Shown in pieces: positions 1-12,475 of a stretch of 64,000 nucleotides of DNA. The stretch spans positions 160,098,254 to 160,162,253 of the forward strand of contig NC_068983.1 in NCBI RefSeq assembly GCF_001194135.2, given 5' to 3'. The notes beneath the pieces were generated by a model that was given only the letters and a program-made list of their open reading frames with translations, ran no database searches and had not been told where the DNA came from. A program made the translations under genes and the position numbers. Numbering within the stretch: position 1 is the first letter of the stretch; every line of letters starts with the position of its first letter. This DNA is from Octopus bimaculoides (lineage: Eukaryota).

Positions 1-35
<35 letters not shown>

Positions 36-80
36 TATATACATATGCATTACATATGTGCAACCATATTTGCATAAATA

Positions 81-121
<41 letters not shown>

Positions 122-140
122 CATACATATATACATACAT
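1..140. repeat. (TACA)n/(TA)n microsatellite
   Basis: Directly visible tandem repeats. Confidence 0.95.
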
Positions 141-895
141 TCATTCTCTCATATCTCTCTGTTTATCTGTATGTCTCTATATCTTACTTTGGATATTATA
201 TTGTTTTGCTCAAGAGCAAGCAAGTAATTGGAAAGTCTACAAGTAGTTTATTTCTTTTAGTGTGATGTATTTATTCATTTTTTTTGCTCTTATTTCAATA
301 TAAATACTTTTTTTTTATTTGTTTGTCTCATTTGTATTTATTTATTTTTTTTTTTTTTTTTTTTTTTTTTGTAATTTAATTTTCTTCATGAATTGTTTGT
401 TATTTTATCAGCCACCCAACCCCCTCTCAAACTACACAGAATATTTCATGCCAACAACAGCAATAACAGCAATGAAAAACAACAACAGCGACAACAATAA
501 TAGTAATAACTACAACAACAATATCAACAATAATAATGCTTAGCAACAACATCAGTAATAGTAATAAAAATATTAACAATAATAACAACAACAACAGCAG
601 CAGCAGCAGCAGCAACAACAACAATAATAGAATTTAAAGACAAATATACTTTTAGGCCTCAACTGCCACAACTTAATACTCAATATCGTAAATATCAAAT
701 CATAGTAAAATCTAGTTTTTCATTCCTAATGACATTTTAAAAACTTTTACCTGATTCATTCCTTTTCCTTTATGTCTTTCTAAAATTCAATTTATTTTGC
801 TTTTAGTTTCAAGGGTGACTACTTGGTTATAAACATTCTAAATGTTTATAGTGAGATTTTTACAGAAAATTACTAGATATGAATGAAAAACAGAA

Positions 896-1003
896 GAAGA
901 AAAAGAAAAGAAAACAGAGAAAGAAGAAGAAGGAGAAGGAGAAGGAGAAGGAGAAGAAGGAGAAGAAGAAGAAGAAGAAGAAGAAAAAGAAGAAGAAGAA
1001 GAA
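896..1003. repeat. (GAA)n/(GGAGAA)n microsatellite
   Basis: Directly visible; explains the poly-K/R/E/F/L ORFs. Confidence 0.95.
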
Positions 1004-1335
1004 ACCTGAAAGATTTCCTATACTTATCTTTGATGGAAAACAGGTTTTCAAATGTAGACACTTTCTAAAATGTGTATTATCTAAAGTTATTTGTCACTTG
1101 TAAATTATAGAATTTAGCCATTTGAATCAAAATAAGGAAATCAGTTTAATGCATGCATGCACACAGCTGCACACAGCTGCACACATACATGGAGAACCAC
1201 ACAACTAGTCATACATAAATGTTTATGTGTGCATGCATGTGTTGGCATGTATCTATGAGCACATATGTTCATACATACAACCATGCATACATAATTACAT
1301 GCATACATATATATATATATATATATAAATGTATA

Positions 1336-1377
<42 letters not shown>

Positions 1378-1893
1378 NNNNNNNNNNNNNNNNNNNNNNN
1401 NNNNNNNNNNNNNNNNNNNNNNNNNNNNNNNNNNNNNNNNNNNNNNNNNNNNNNNNNNNNNNNNNNNNNNNNNNNNNNNNNNNNNNNNNNNNNNNNNNNN
1501 NNNNNNNNNNNNNNNNNNNNNNNNNNNNNNNNNNNNNNNNNNNNNNNNNNNNNNNNNNNNNNNNNNNNNNNNNNNNNNNNNNNNNNNNNNNNNNNNNNNN
1601 NNNNNNNNNNNNNNNNNNNNNNNNNNNNNNNNNNNNNNNNNNNNNNNNNNNNNNNNNNNNNNNNNNNNNNNNNNNNNNNNNNNNNNNNNNNNNNNNNNNN
1701 NNNNNNNNNNNNNNNNNNNNNNNNNNNNNNNNNNNNNNNNNNNNNNNNNNNNNNNNNNNNNNNNNNNNNNNNNNNNNNNNNNNNNNNNNNNNNNNNNNNN
1801 NNNNNNNNNNNNNNNNNNNNNNNNNNNNNNNNNNNNNNNNNNNNNNNNNNNNNNNNNNNNNNNNNNNNNNNNNNNNNNNNNNNNNNNNNNNNN

Positions 1894-1928
<35 letters not shown>

Positions 1929-2052
1929 TATGTGTGTGTGTGCATGTGAATATCTTCACACATAGATGCATATATATATGTTTGTGCATGTGTGTATATG
2001 TATATCCATAAATATATATTAATATACATATGTGTGTGTGTATGTGCTTGCA

Positions 2053-2086
<34 letters not shown>

Positions 2087-2214
2087 AGCACACATTATTT
2101 TACTGGAAGCTGAAGCTTCACAAATCATTACTTTGAGAAACTCTTAACGATTTGTGAATTTTCAGGTTGCAATAAACTATAGCATATAACTCTACTTTTG
2201 GTATTGAGTACCCT

Positions 2215-2254
2215 GTTTTCTTCTTCTTCTTCTTCTTCTTCTTCTTCTTCTTCT

Positions 2255-2289
<35 letters not shown>

Positions 2290-2293
2290 TTCT
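2215..2293. repeat. (CTT)n microsatellite
   Basis: Directly visible. Confidence 0.95.
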
Positions 2294-5032
2294 TTACACT
2301 TATGTGTTTGCACACATATATATGTGTATATGTGCGTAGGCATTTATGTATATGCACACATTCATGCATAAATATGCATAATTATATCTATGAATGTTTT
2401 ATTACAGAAAGATAAGTACACATACTTAAATCTATACTTGTATGTAGTCATACATATGTTTATTTATATATTTTATACATAAATAGAAGTGAGCTTTCAT
2501 GTTGCATTGTATGGATGTGTGGATGTCGGTCGATTGGCTGGCTGGCTTGTTGATTTGTTTCCTGGTAGGTTGTAAAGGTAGAAAGATGTAATGGCTAAGT
2601 GGGAGAGTGAATGAGAATTTTGATGGGTAAAGGAGATAGAGAGAGAGAGGGGTGGAGGATGTGAGAGAGGGAGTGAGAGAAAGAGAGAAATGGTAAAAGA
2701 AAAAGCAGAAAAATGAAGAGATGGTGGATAAACTATTGGATGAATATTTGAAGAGAATAAGAGGGAAGAAGAAAAGAGAAAAAAAAAAGCAAAAAATAAA
2801 TGATGAATGAAAAGAAAAGGGATTTAAAATACAGATGGAGTGCTGGCAGAAGATGGGGTAGAAAGGATTGTATGGATGCAGTACTGAAAGCAATCCATCA
2901 ATGATATGCCAGAACAATCATTGATTTCTGCTTTTGCCATATAATGTATTAATTTTATTACCTTCAAACCAGTGCTAACCAGTTCTGGTCTTTTTTGAAG
3001 CAGCAATCATATTTGAAAATTCAAACATGAAATGCTGTCCCTTTTGTGTACATTCCAGAATATTCAACCAGTTTCATTCTTGTTTGCCATGAATTAACCT
3101 TGATGCATTCAATTGTTTTTGTCTTTTTGTTGTAGATTTGTGTTCTTTCCTAATTAAAATCTTATTATTGATTTTCACATTTACAAATAATCAAGATAGC
3201 TTTCCTATAATTAATGTTGTTATTCCATTTGATAATTTGCTGACATTTTTAATGTCATTCTCTCCTCTCTTCACCAACCTGGCTCAACAAAGCCAAGTTT
3301 GAAGCCACAAAGAGAAAAATCAATACAATAATTGGAAAAGTTATTAAAGTTTCTTTGTAAATAAAATATAAATAAATGAATAAAGCCCCAGGTTACAAAT
3401 ACGATTCTTTTGAGAATGGGTGGAGTTAAGCTTTTGTATATTCAGGTCAGTAGTTATAACATGCTTTCCAGTAACTCTTTTCTTATCATAGTGTTATATT
3501 CTCACATTTGGACAAACAATAATCTTTTGCCTTTTCTTTGAGCTTTTGTAATATTATGGTTCTGGGTCAACAATAACATTATAGTGTAACAGTAATCTTT
3601 TTGTCTGGGATTGACAATAATCCATAGTTCTCTGTTGATTGTCTTTGCATTGGCACAAGATGTATCTATGATAAACATTTTCACATGAAGAATACCGTGC
3701 CTGGAAGAATTCAACCCCTATAAACCAACAAAACACACCTCCACTCTATAATGTGGCAGCTCCTTGCAGTGGTGAACTAAGCTACTGATGTCTTGCTACA
3801 AGCAGCATCTCTGTAGTTACTTCATCTAGAAATACAAACTAGATTTCCCTTAAGTCACATGTCACCATCTAAAAACACAGGAAGGGCACAATCGACATAA
3901 TAACAGACAATCAGGATTAGAAAGCTAGAAATGTTTAGATCTGGGGGTAGACAACAACAACCACAACAACAACAAGACTTAGGAGCCAATGAATTTTGCC
4001 ATTGAGAAATCGTTGACTGGGATTGTTAATAATTATATTAATAATTATAATTTTATTGGCAAAATGACACTCAAGATACAATAACATCTGTGTCAAAACA
4101 TGATTTCATATCAAGAATACTGAAAAACAAATAAGAAAGCGAAATAATTATAAAGCTAAATCAAAAAGGTGAAGTAATGTGGAGAAAATTCAGTGCAGAC
4201 AAGTCACTGTAAAGTTGTGTTTAAGAGACTAAGAAAACATTGCCAAAATTCTAAGTAGTAAACCAAAACAGAGGCCTAATATAATAGCATCTCCAGGACT
4301 ATATTTGTTGCTAGTCCAGTGACTTCAATCAGTGCCTGAATTCAGGAGATATTTTGTTTAGTAACACTTTTATATCAACAGTACATTGTCTGTTGATGTG
4401 TCAAATAAAGTATCACGCTTGTCACTTGATTTAATCACCATAGTCGAATTGTTAATGGTTGACTAATTCATAGTGAAGTACACATTGTTCTGACCAAATC
4501 AGCTTCTGTCTCAAACACAATTACATTCTCTCACATTCAAGTGACTTGCAGGCCATCACTTTGTTTATCTAATTGATATGAAATCTACTGTAACTGTGGA
4601 AAGCATATATCTATTTTTTTTTAAATCTCCTAATGAATTCATATTGTTGCAAACAAAGAGTGTTGCAGGGAAACAAGTTGGTTTCATTACCCTTTTATTT
4701 ACAATTAGTATCAAGTTATTTGGAAATAACTTGATTGAATATAACTTATTGAATATAAATATTTTTTATTGGAGACAACATTAGCAGTCAGCTAGTCAAT
4801 ATTTTATTTATTTTCTTTTTATAAATATTTGAATAAACTATTTTCTCCAATATAATCAATACATTTTGAAAATCTAAAGGAATTAGTGGCAGTAATCTAA
4901 TGCTTTATGGCTTTACTACACATCAAAAGAGAGCAGATGTGTCGAAGTATTGTAACAACATGGTATTCAGGTTTTGAGTTCAAAACCCTCTCATGGCTTA
5001 AATATGTGTGTGTATGTATGTATGTATGTATG

Positions 5033-5063
<31 letters not shown>

Positions 5064-5127
5064 GCAGATATGCATACATCCTGTCTTTCCAAAGAGTTTT
5101 CTTTCTATCCAGTTTTTAAATGCTATA

Positions 5128-5328
5128 AGGTGGCAAGCTAGAAGAATCATTATCAATCTGGGCAAAATGCTTAGCGGCTTCTCATCCCTCTTTACCTTCT
5201 AAGATCAAATTCTGCTGAGGTCAACTTTGCTTTTCTTCCTTTAAGGGTCAATAACACTGGAGTCAGTGTAAACAACGTACCCCTTCCCCTGATCTTGCTG
5301 GCGTTGTGCCAGAATTCAAGATCAATAT
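5128..5328 (+). mobile_element. tRNA-headed SINE, family C (head AGGTGGC(A/G)AGCTGGCAGAA)
   Basis: Same sequence recurs at ~31959-32175 (+), ~27355-27525 (-), ~52690-52870 (-), ~62333-62530 (-); shared core GTTCAAATTCTGCTGAGGTCAACTTTGCCTTTCATCC. Confidence 0.75.
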
Positions 5329-5378
5329 TTACATGCTATCATTTAAACTTTACTTTGAGTTTTACTATTAAAAATGAA

Positions 5379-5415
<37 letters not shown>

Positions 5416-6164
5416 NNNNNNNNNNNNNNNNNNNNNNNNNNNNNNNNNNNNNNNNNNNNNNNNNNNNNNNNNNNNNNNNNNNNNNNNNNNATATATAGTG
5501 GACCCAAAAGTGACACACCCATAAAAACATTGTTTGTGGGTTGAGCACACCCCCCCCCCACACACACACACACAAACACACTAGCTACATTACTAGGGGG
5601 TATATTGGTGTTGTGAATGCAGTACCATCTAAAATGTGGAAGAAGTATTCCATTGTGTGTTTGCCTTGAACTTTGTAGGTAGTCAACAACTGATTGAGTT
5701 AATGTATTTTGTAACTCTGATAAGAAAATATAGTGAATAGGATACATACTTTTCAATCTTATCACAAATGGAAGATGGTTTATTAGATCACCATTGAAGG
5801 TTTGATTTGCAAATTGTTCATGAAGAACAAGTAAGTGTCAAGATATTTATATTTAAGCATGACCAGTAAATGATAGTCCTATCACCTTCAAATAGAAATA
5901 GTTTGTTGTCACTACAATAAATACCTTCTAGAAATAACAGTCAAATTTTCTTCTCTACAGTCTGCAGTTTAAAAAAAATGAGACATGTTGGTTAATATAG
6001 TCTCAAGTATATTGTCTGAAATATAAAGACAAGATGGCCTGAAAGTTTTTGATCATATTTTGACTCAGTCAGAACTAACGAGACAAAACAAGGGCAACTA
6101 AAAATGTTTGGAAGAATCATAATTAATAAAGCCTATAAACATCATCACCAGTAGATTGTCAATA

Positions 6165-7160
6165 CAGGGTGTCCCACAAAAGTTGACATCATTTTGTAGT
6201 CTGTTAACATAGCCAATTCTTGGTCAAATGATCTCAAATTTCAACAAAATGTGTAAAACTAAGTTTTTTTTCTAATTTCTTTTTTCAGGGTGAAGAATGA
6301 CTTTCATTAGAAAGGAAAAAGGTATTTTGTGTGTTAGAATATGCTTGAGCACAGTCAAACAAAAGTGTGTCGCATGCATTTTTAAGAAAGTTCAATAAAA
6401 ATACACTAACTGGAAAGCGGGTTTGGATATGGCACAAAAATTCTTAGAAGAAGGCTGTCTGTGGAGGGCAAAAGAATTTGGAGGACAGGCAGTACTGGAA
6501 GATATTGTCAATCAGGTTCGGGAAGCATTTGTGTAAAGTGCCAGAAAATCTGTAAGAATAGCATCTATGGAAACCCAGATTCTTCATATGACATTTGGCA
6601 CGTAATTAGGGAACACTTGCGAATGACACCCTATAAGCTGCAACTTGTTCAAGCCTTAAACACAGGTAACAGATGAAGTGCAAGCAATTCTGTGTTGCTA
6701 TACAAGAGAAACTTGAAAATGAGGAGTTAAAAGATTGTCTTGTTTTCAGTGATGAGGTCACATTTCATATGATGTCAACAATCATAATGTTTGCATTTGG
6801 TGAGAAGAAAATCCCCATGTCACAGTTGAGTACATGAGGGACTCACTGAAAGTGAATGTGTTTTGTGTAATCTTCAAGAATCCTCTTTATGGACTGTTTT
6901 TCTTTGAGAGAAACATAACTGGTGATGTTTATCTGCATATGCTTCAGAAATGGTTATCTGATAAGCTCATTGCAAATGAGCATGAACACTTCATTTTTCA
7001 ACAGGATGAGGCTCCACTTCACTGGAAGTTGACTGATCTCAATGAGAGTCTACCAGGGAGATGGATAGGGCATGCCAGTGGTACTGACAACATGTTGTTG
7101 AAATGGCCACCATGTTCACCTGATGTGACATCTTATGATTTTTCCTATGGAGCAATGTGA
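6165..7160 (+). mobile_element. Decayed Tc1/mariner-superfamily transposon (rosa/DD41D-like, DUF4817-type N-terminus), 3'-truncated
   Basis: TA followed by TIR-like CAGGGTGTCCCA at 6165; translation gives FCVLEYA...GCL (N-terminal HTH), VFSDEVTFH (D1), FQQDEAPLHW (D2), WIG...WPPCSPDVTSYDF (D3); several stops and frameshifts. Confidence 0.9.
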
Positions 7161-7184
7161 AAGGTCTGGCACATAAAAATCACC

Positions 7185-7540
7185 TCTCAAATGTTGGGCA
7201 ATATGCTGTGCTTGAGAAGACCTGTGAAGCCAAGTGAAATCATTACCTTGGCCGGTGCCAGTGCCAGTTGACTGGCATGTAAAAAGCACTGTTCGAGCAC
7301 ATGGCTGATGATGTCAGTGTTACATTAATGGCACCCATGCCAGTGCATGTAAAAACTACCCACTTCACTCTTAGAGTGGTTGGTTTTAGGAAGGGCATCC
7401 AGCTGTAGAAACTCTGCCAGATCAGATTGGAGCCTAGTGTAGCTCCCCAACTGACCAGTTTTCAGTCAAACCATCCAATCCATGCCAGCATGGAAAACAG
7501 ATATTAAATGATGATGATGATGATGATGATGATGATTGTG
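7185..7540 (+). mobile_element. RTE LINE 3' end / RTE-tailed short element
   Basis: Motif GAGTGGTTGG..TTAGGAAGGGCATCCAG...CATGCCAGCATGGAAAACAG..TTAAAT(GAT)n, present in more than a dozen copies in this window. Confidence 0.8.
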
Positions 7541-8439
7541 ATCCTGCATTACTATATATTATATAAGGTGTGTTTGTCATATATCAAAAGTGTGAGAATT
7601 GTAAATATAAATGTAGCATTTATTTCATGAATCATCTGGTGTACTTGGTATACATTCCAGCTAACAGTATTTCAATTAAGCTGATTATTTTGCTGCAAAC
7701 CAATTCTTGTAATATATTTCACACATATGCATTCAATAAGGAGAGCTTTATTGTGTATTATTGTTTTCCTTTTAGGTGCTTTATTTCATTTACATGCATA
7801 TTTAAAGATGTGTAGAAGCTTTACAAATAGAACAATTGATCTATATTATACATTATACATTGAACTGTATGAATATATTAATGTTCTTCAGCAGAACAAT
7901 GTTTTAATTCTGACAAAGTAACTTAATATAAGATACAGAGTCTACATTGTTAAAAATAGCCATTTCTTATATATATAAGACTATATTCTTATACTTGTGA
8001 TAGTAGAGAAAATGTGGGTGCAACAGTAATTATATTCTTAATTAGTTGAACCAAGAAAATTACAAGACAAAAAGTAAAAGTGTAAAATCATTGCTGATGA
8101 AATTGGAATTAGAAATTGAATTGTATCCTTTTTTATGTGGATTTCAGATAAAAATAATGCAGGGAAAAGCTTAAAAGAGGACTAGTGCATGTTTGAGCAG
8201 CATGTTGGTATTATTGTTAAAGTTGAAAGGTTACTTTCTTTCCTGCATAGCACCCTTTCATGAGTATGTCTAATTTATATTCTTTTATTAGCCACAAGGG
8301 CTAACATTAAAGCAACATGAAATGACAAAATAGGACGATACAAAAGGCTTTAGAATGTGTAAATAAAATAACAAAGAAAAAACAAATAAAACTCCCAATA
8401 AGGGGAGGTGCTTTAAAGTTACTCATGGAAAAACTCACA

Positions 8440-9060
8440 AAAGCCATAAGTGTATACTCAGAATTGGTCCTTTCAGATCAGCCATTCCCTCAACATTCAC
8501 CCATCTTTCAATAAACTTGCTAGAACGTAACACTTCCCTCTCCAACCTCACTTTCCTCTTCAAGGGCTTGGTCAAAGAGGAAAGTGTCTGACTTTAGTCC
8601 TTTCAAACGAGTCCACCATACTACCTCTTTCACTACACCTACCAGACAAAAAAAGATTGCCTGCCTCTCCCGGCCAAAGGAGGGCAGTGGGGCAATCTTC
8701 ACCATAGATTCAGTTGATAGCTGGATCCATCCTACCTGTGACAGCAGTTGTTTGACATAAACCCACAGGTCAGCAATGCTCGGGCATTGGATAAGTGCAT
8801 GCAGGATGATTTCATTGTTCTACATGCACGTTGGGCAGACCCAGCTGATGGCACTTCTGTAAAGTTTATCCCAGTAGCACTGCCAGGCAAGGGATTTCTG
8901 GAGGTTATCCATAGGCTCAGGCCCGGAATTTCTTTGAAAAAGACCAGTAAGTTGATCCTCATCAACGCCCAAAGTTTCCCCGAGAATGTTGTTGCACTTT
9001 TCCACCACTAACCCTCTATAGAACGCTAGAGTGGAACTACCACCAATCACATTACCTGCC
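8440..9060 (-). mobile_element. Tx1/L1-clade LINE ORF2 C-terminal fragment
   Basis: Minus-strand translation QKSLAWQCY...DKLYR...CPTC...EIILHALIQCPSIADLW...KEVVWWTRLKG; CCHC zinc knuckle (zf-RVT-like); stops and deletions. Confidence 0.8.
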
Positions 9061-9577
9061 TCGCAGTGGGCTGTGAGTGCTTGATGGCACTCTAGGTATC
9101 AAACACCCCTCTTTGGTCTACACCTAATCCAGAATTGTATGAACATGTTTAATTTAAATCATGCCCAGTGACTTATGCAGCATCTGAAGAAGATAAATGT
9201 TTTGCACTCTGTGAAAAGTTTTGCTAATCAAGCTTTATAGAAGATATTTATTAGAGAGGTTGGAGCTTCTATGCATCAGGGACCAATAAGTGTAGCATTT
9301 CTAGAGTTTCATAGGCAAAAATTTTAAATCCTTTGTCTCTAGTGGGGATGAATTTTCATTTTCCAAGGAGGAAACATAGATCACATTAAACTACCACATC
9401 ATTCATATAGTATTTCTGAGCCAATAGGATGTTATTGCCAATCGGACTGTTACTAGACAACTTAAAGTAAATCCTAGTCTTTCTTCCCTTGTGGATAAAC
9501 TCAAATATTTGCCTGCTTAAATGTCAACTCAGCTATAGATGGGAGAGCGTGAAATGAAAGTAACTGAACATGTCTAA

Positions 9578-9790
9578 CCCTTTAGCATTTAAACTGGTCG
9601 TATCAGGCCCAAATATTCTACCTGTTCTATATTCAAACTGACCAAATATGGCCTCTCACACCAACCTAACAATGTAATTTTAAAAACAAACAATCACATC
9701 ATTGAAAGCTCAAGCTATGAGATAATGAATGATTAATTCAAAACGATGGGAATAAATCACATATAACAGAGTAATCTGAATCCTAATGGG
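9578..9790. mobile_element. piggyBac-like MITE, decayed copy
   Basis: Ends CCCTTTAGCATT...AATCCTAATGGG flanked by CTAA/TTAG; reverse-oriented homolog of 46861-47074. Confidence 0.65.
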
Positions 9791-9892
9791 TTAGATTCCG
9801 AAAGACAATCTTCATTTCCCTAAATACGACTTCTTCAATTCCCTCCCATCATCTACCATACTTTATTTTATAGGGAGCAAATAAAGGAATTG

Positions 9893-10329
9893 TTGTACTT
9901 CGGGATGGGAGATGGTCAGGGTTTTTTTTTTTTTTGTTTCTTTTTTTCTCACATAAGCACATGCACTAAATATTCGTTCTTCACTCATTTGTTACTATTT
10001 TTATTTTAACTCATGTTCATTGTCCAGAAATCTTTTTTCACACATCTGTAACCTCTTCAGCAGCACTTTCTGTCCTCATGTGTGCTCCTGCTCTGCTTAG
10101 TCCCTGAAGAGGTCACAGATGTGTGATGGAAGATTTGGACTAAGCAGAGCAGGAGCACACATGAGGACAAAAAGTGTTGCTGAAGAGGTTACAGAAGTGT
10201 GATGAAATATTTCCAGACAATGGATATGAGTTAAAATAAGAAGAGTAATAAATGAGTGAAGAACGAATATATAGTTCATATGTTTATTTGACAAATAAAA
10301 ATAATAATAAAGACCATCCTGAAGTACAA
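9893..10329. repeat. Long inverted repeat (fold-back), arms ~200 bp
   Basis: Perfect 33-bp stem 10071-10103/10137-10169; perfect 21-bp stem 9970-9990/10250-10270; similarity continues to 9893/10329. Confidence 0.92.
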
Positions 10330-11279
10330 TATCTGTTGCAACACATGATTTCACATCAGGAATCTTGCAGCGCAAATTCATAAACATAGAAAGTTTCTTA
10401 TATAATTTCTTTCATAAGGAGAGTTAGAATCTAAAGAAGCTGTAAATATTTATGTTTTAATGAAACTAAAAATCTTAATTCCATTGTAAAATGCAACATT
10501 TTTAAGCTTTCACTTCTTACCCTGTAATTTTACAAATTCACTTAAGAATATTTTTACTCTTGTGCCTGTATTTTTCCTGTTAGTACACTTTTTTTTAACA
10601 AGCAATAGTTTACACAGTCTAAACATAATTGTTATTGAGACATAACTCAAAAAGTATAAAGGATAAAATAATTTACTCTTTTGCAAAATGTTTAAAGTAG
10701 AGTAAAATGTAAATTGGTAAAAAGCAAATTATAAAAAAATATTAATTAGGAACTAGAGACAAAAGAATATGTCAATATAGTAGAAGCAGATTAATTTAAA
10801 TGGCACCAGGCAGAAAGTGCTACAGAAATTATGAGTTGAACAGTTTGAGGTAAAAATGGTCTGATCATGTTCACATTCTTAAGAAATACCAGTGGTGACT
10901 CTCCTTATCACCATGGCATTGAACAAGAAAATTTCAAATGTTTCAAATAGTTATAGTCATTTAAAGATATTTTGGAGGTGAGATTCATAAAATCCATTGT
11001 TAAAACATGATTCTGAAGAAATTTTTGAAAAAAAATGAAAAAGTCCCCAAAATAAACAGGTAAGGTGCATATTTGCCATATCTGCCTAAATTTCAACCTC
11101 TTTTTACCTGTTTATAGTCACTGATTACTGGTACAGATCATTATTATTTGATTGTATCCTACTGATTATTTTAGTCTATATGTGTGTTTTGTGTGTATAT
11201 ACACATATACACGTATTTATATGTATGTTCATGTATGTGTGTATGTATAGGCATAGCCAGTTTGGTGTCTTCGTGATCG

Positions 11280-11960
11280 CTCCCAAATCTGATGACTTTC
11301 TGCCACATAAGTATTTTTCTATTGCACCAATCTTAATATAGTTCTCAGTATTAGATTCCTCTCTTTTATATCTTTTAAGAAAGGTTAATCATACTTTTGA
11401 TTTTTTCTAAAATAATAGAGATACAAGGGCTTAAAGATGAATGCATGCCTTACTTTCTTTCAGATTTGACAACTTTTTGTACCATAAGCATTTCTACAGT
11501 ACCAATTTTGATGCAATTTATTGAATTGCAGAATAGAATTATCTTGTTTAAATCTTTTAAGAAAGGTTAACTCTACTAAATTGTTTTATAAAATAACAGA
11601 GATGTAATGATTTGAATACGATATTAGGCATTACTTGCCTTCTAATTTGACCGCTTAGGTTTCATAAGTTTTTTTCTATTACACCAATTTTGGTGAAGTT
11701 TATAGAATTAGATTCCTCTCAATGAGATCTTTTAAGATGGTTTAACTATATGAGATTGTTTTTTAAAATAACAGAAACATCATGATATGAATACAATATC
11801 AGGCATTATTCCCTTTCTGATTCAACTGCATTTTCCTTATTGCTTTTCCCTAATGTATCAATATTAACGAGTTTTATAGAATTAAATTCCTCTCATTTCG
11901 ATTTTTTATTAAAGTGTAACTAGAATAAAATTTGAAAGAAATACGGAAACCATACTATTT
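11280..11960. repeat. Degenerate tandem repeat, period ~175-182 bp, ~4 copies
   Basis: Anchor ATCTTTTAAGAAAGGTTAA and variants at 11370, 11552, 11727, 11901; TAGATTCCTCTC and AAAATAACAGA also recur. Confidence 0.75.
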
Positions 11961-12273
11961 AGATGTTGCAATTATGCATCATTTTCCCATTTTTTAAAAC
12001 TGATTACATCCTTCATCGTTTACTTGTTTCAATCATTTGACTGCAACCATACTGGAACACCACCTTAAAGAATTTTAGCCAGACAAATCAACCCCAGAAC
12101 TTATTATTTTTTGTAGAACCTGGTATTTATTCTGTCAGTCTCTTTAATCCAAACCACTAAGTTACGAGGATGACAACACCAGTTGTCAAGTGGTGGTAGG
12201 ACACAAACAGACACAAACACACACATACACACACGCACATGCATGCATACATGCAAAGACATGCACACACACA

Positions 12274-12308
<35 letters not shown>

Positions 12309-12309
12309 T

Positions 12310-12475
12310 CTCTGAGTGGTTGGCGTTAGGAAGGGCATCCAACTGTAGAAACTCTGCCAAATCAGATTGGAGCCTGGTGTAGCCATCTGGTTTCACCAGT
12401 CCTCAGTCAAATCATCCAACCCATGCTAACATGGAAAGCGGACGTTAAACGACGACGATGATGATGATGATGATA
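12310..12475 (+). mobile_element. RTE LINE 3' tail
   Basis: GAGTGGTTGGCGTTAGGAAGGGCATCC...GGAAAGCGGACGTTAAAC(GAT)n. Confidence 0.8.

Noticed and set aside
380-625. Asn/Gln-rich coding exon
   Set aside because: Explained by an (AAC/AAT/CAG)n low-complexity tract with stops in frame.
1141-2128. Long ORFs of 200-345 aa (also at 20.5, 47.6 and 51.7 kb)
   Set aside because: Built from N gaps and dinucleotide or tetranucleotide repeats.
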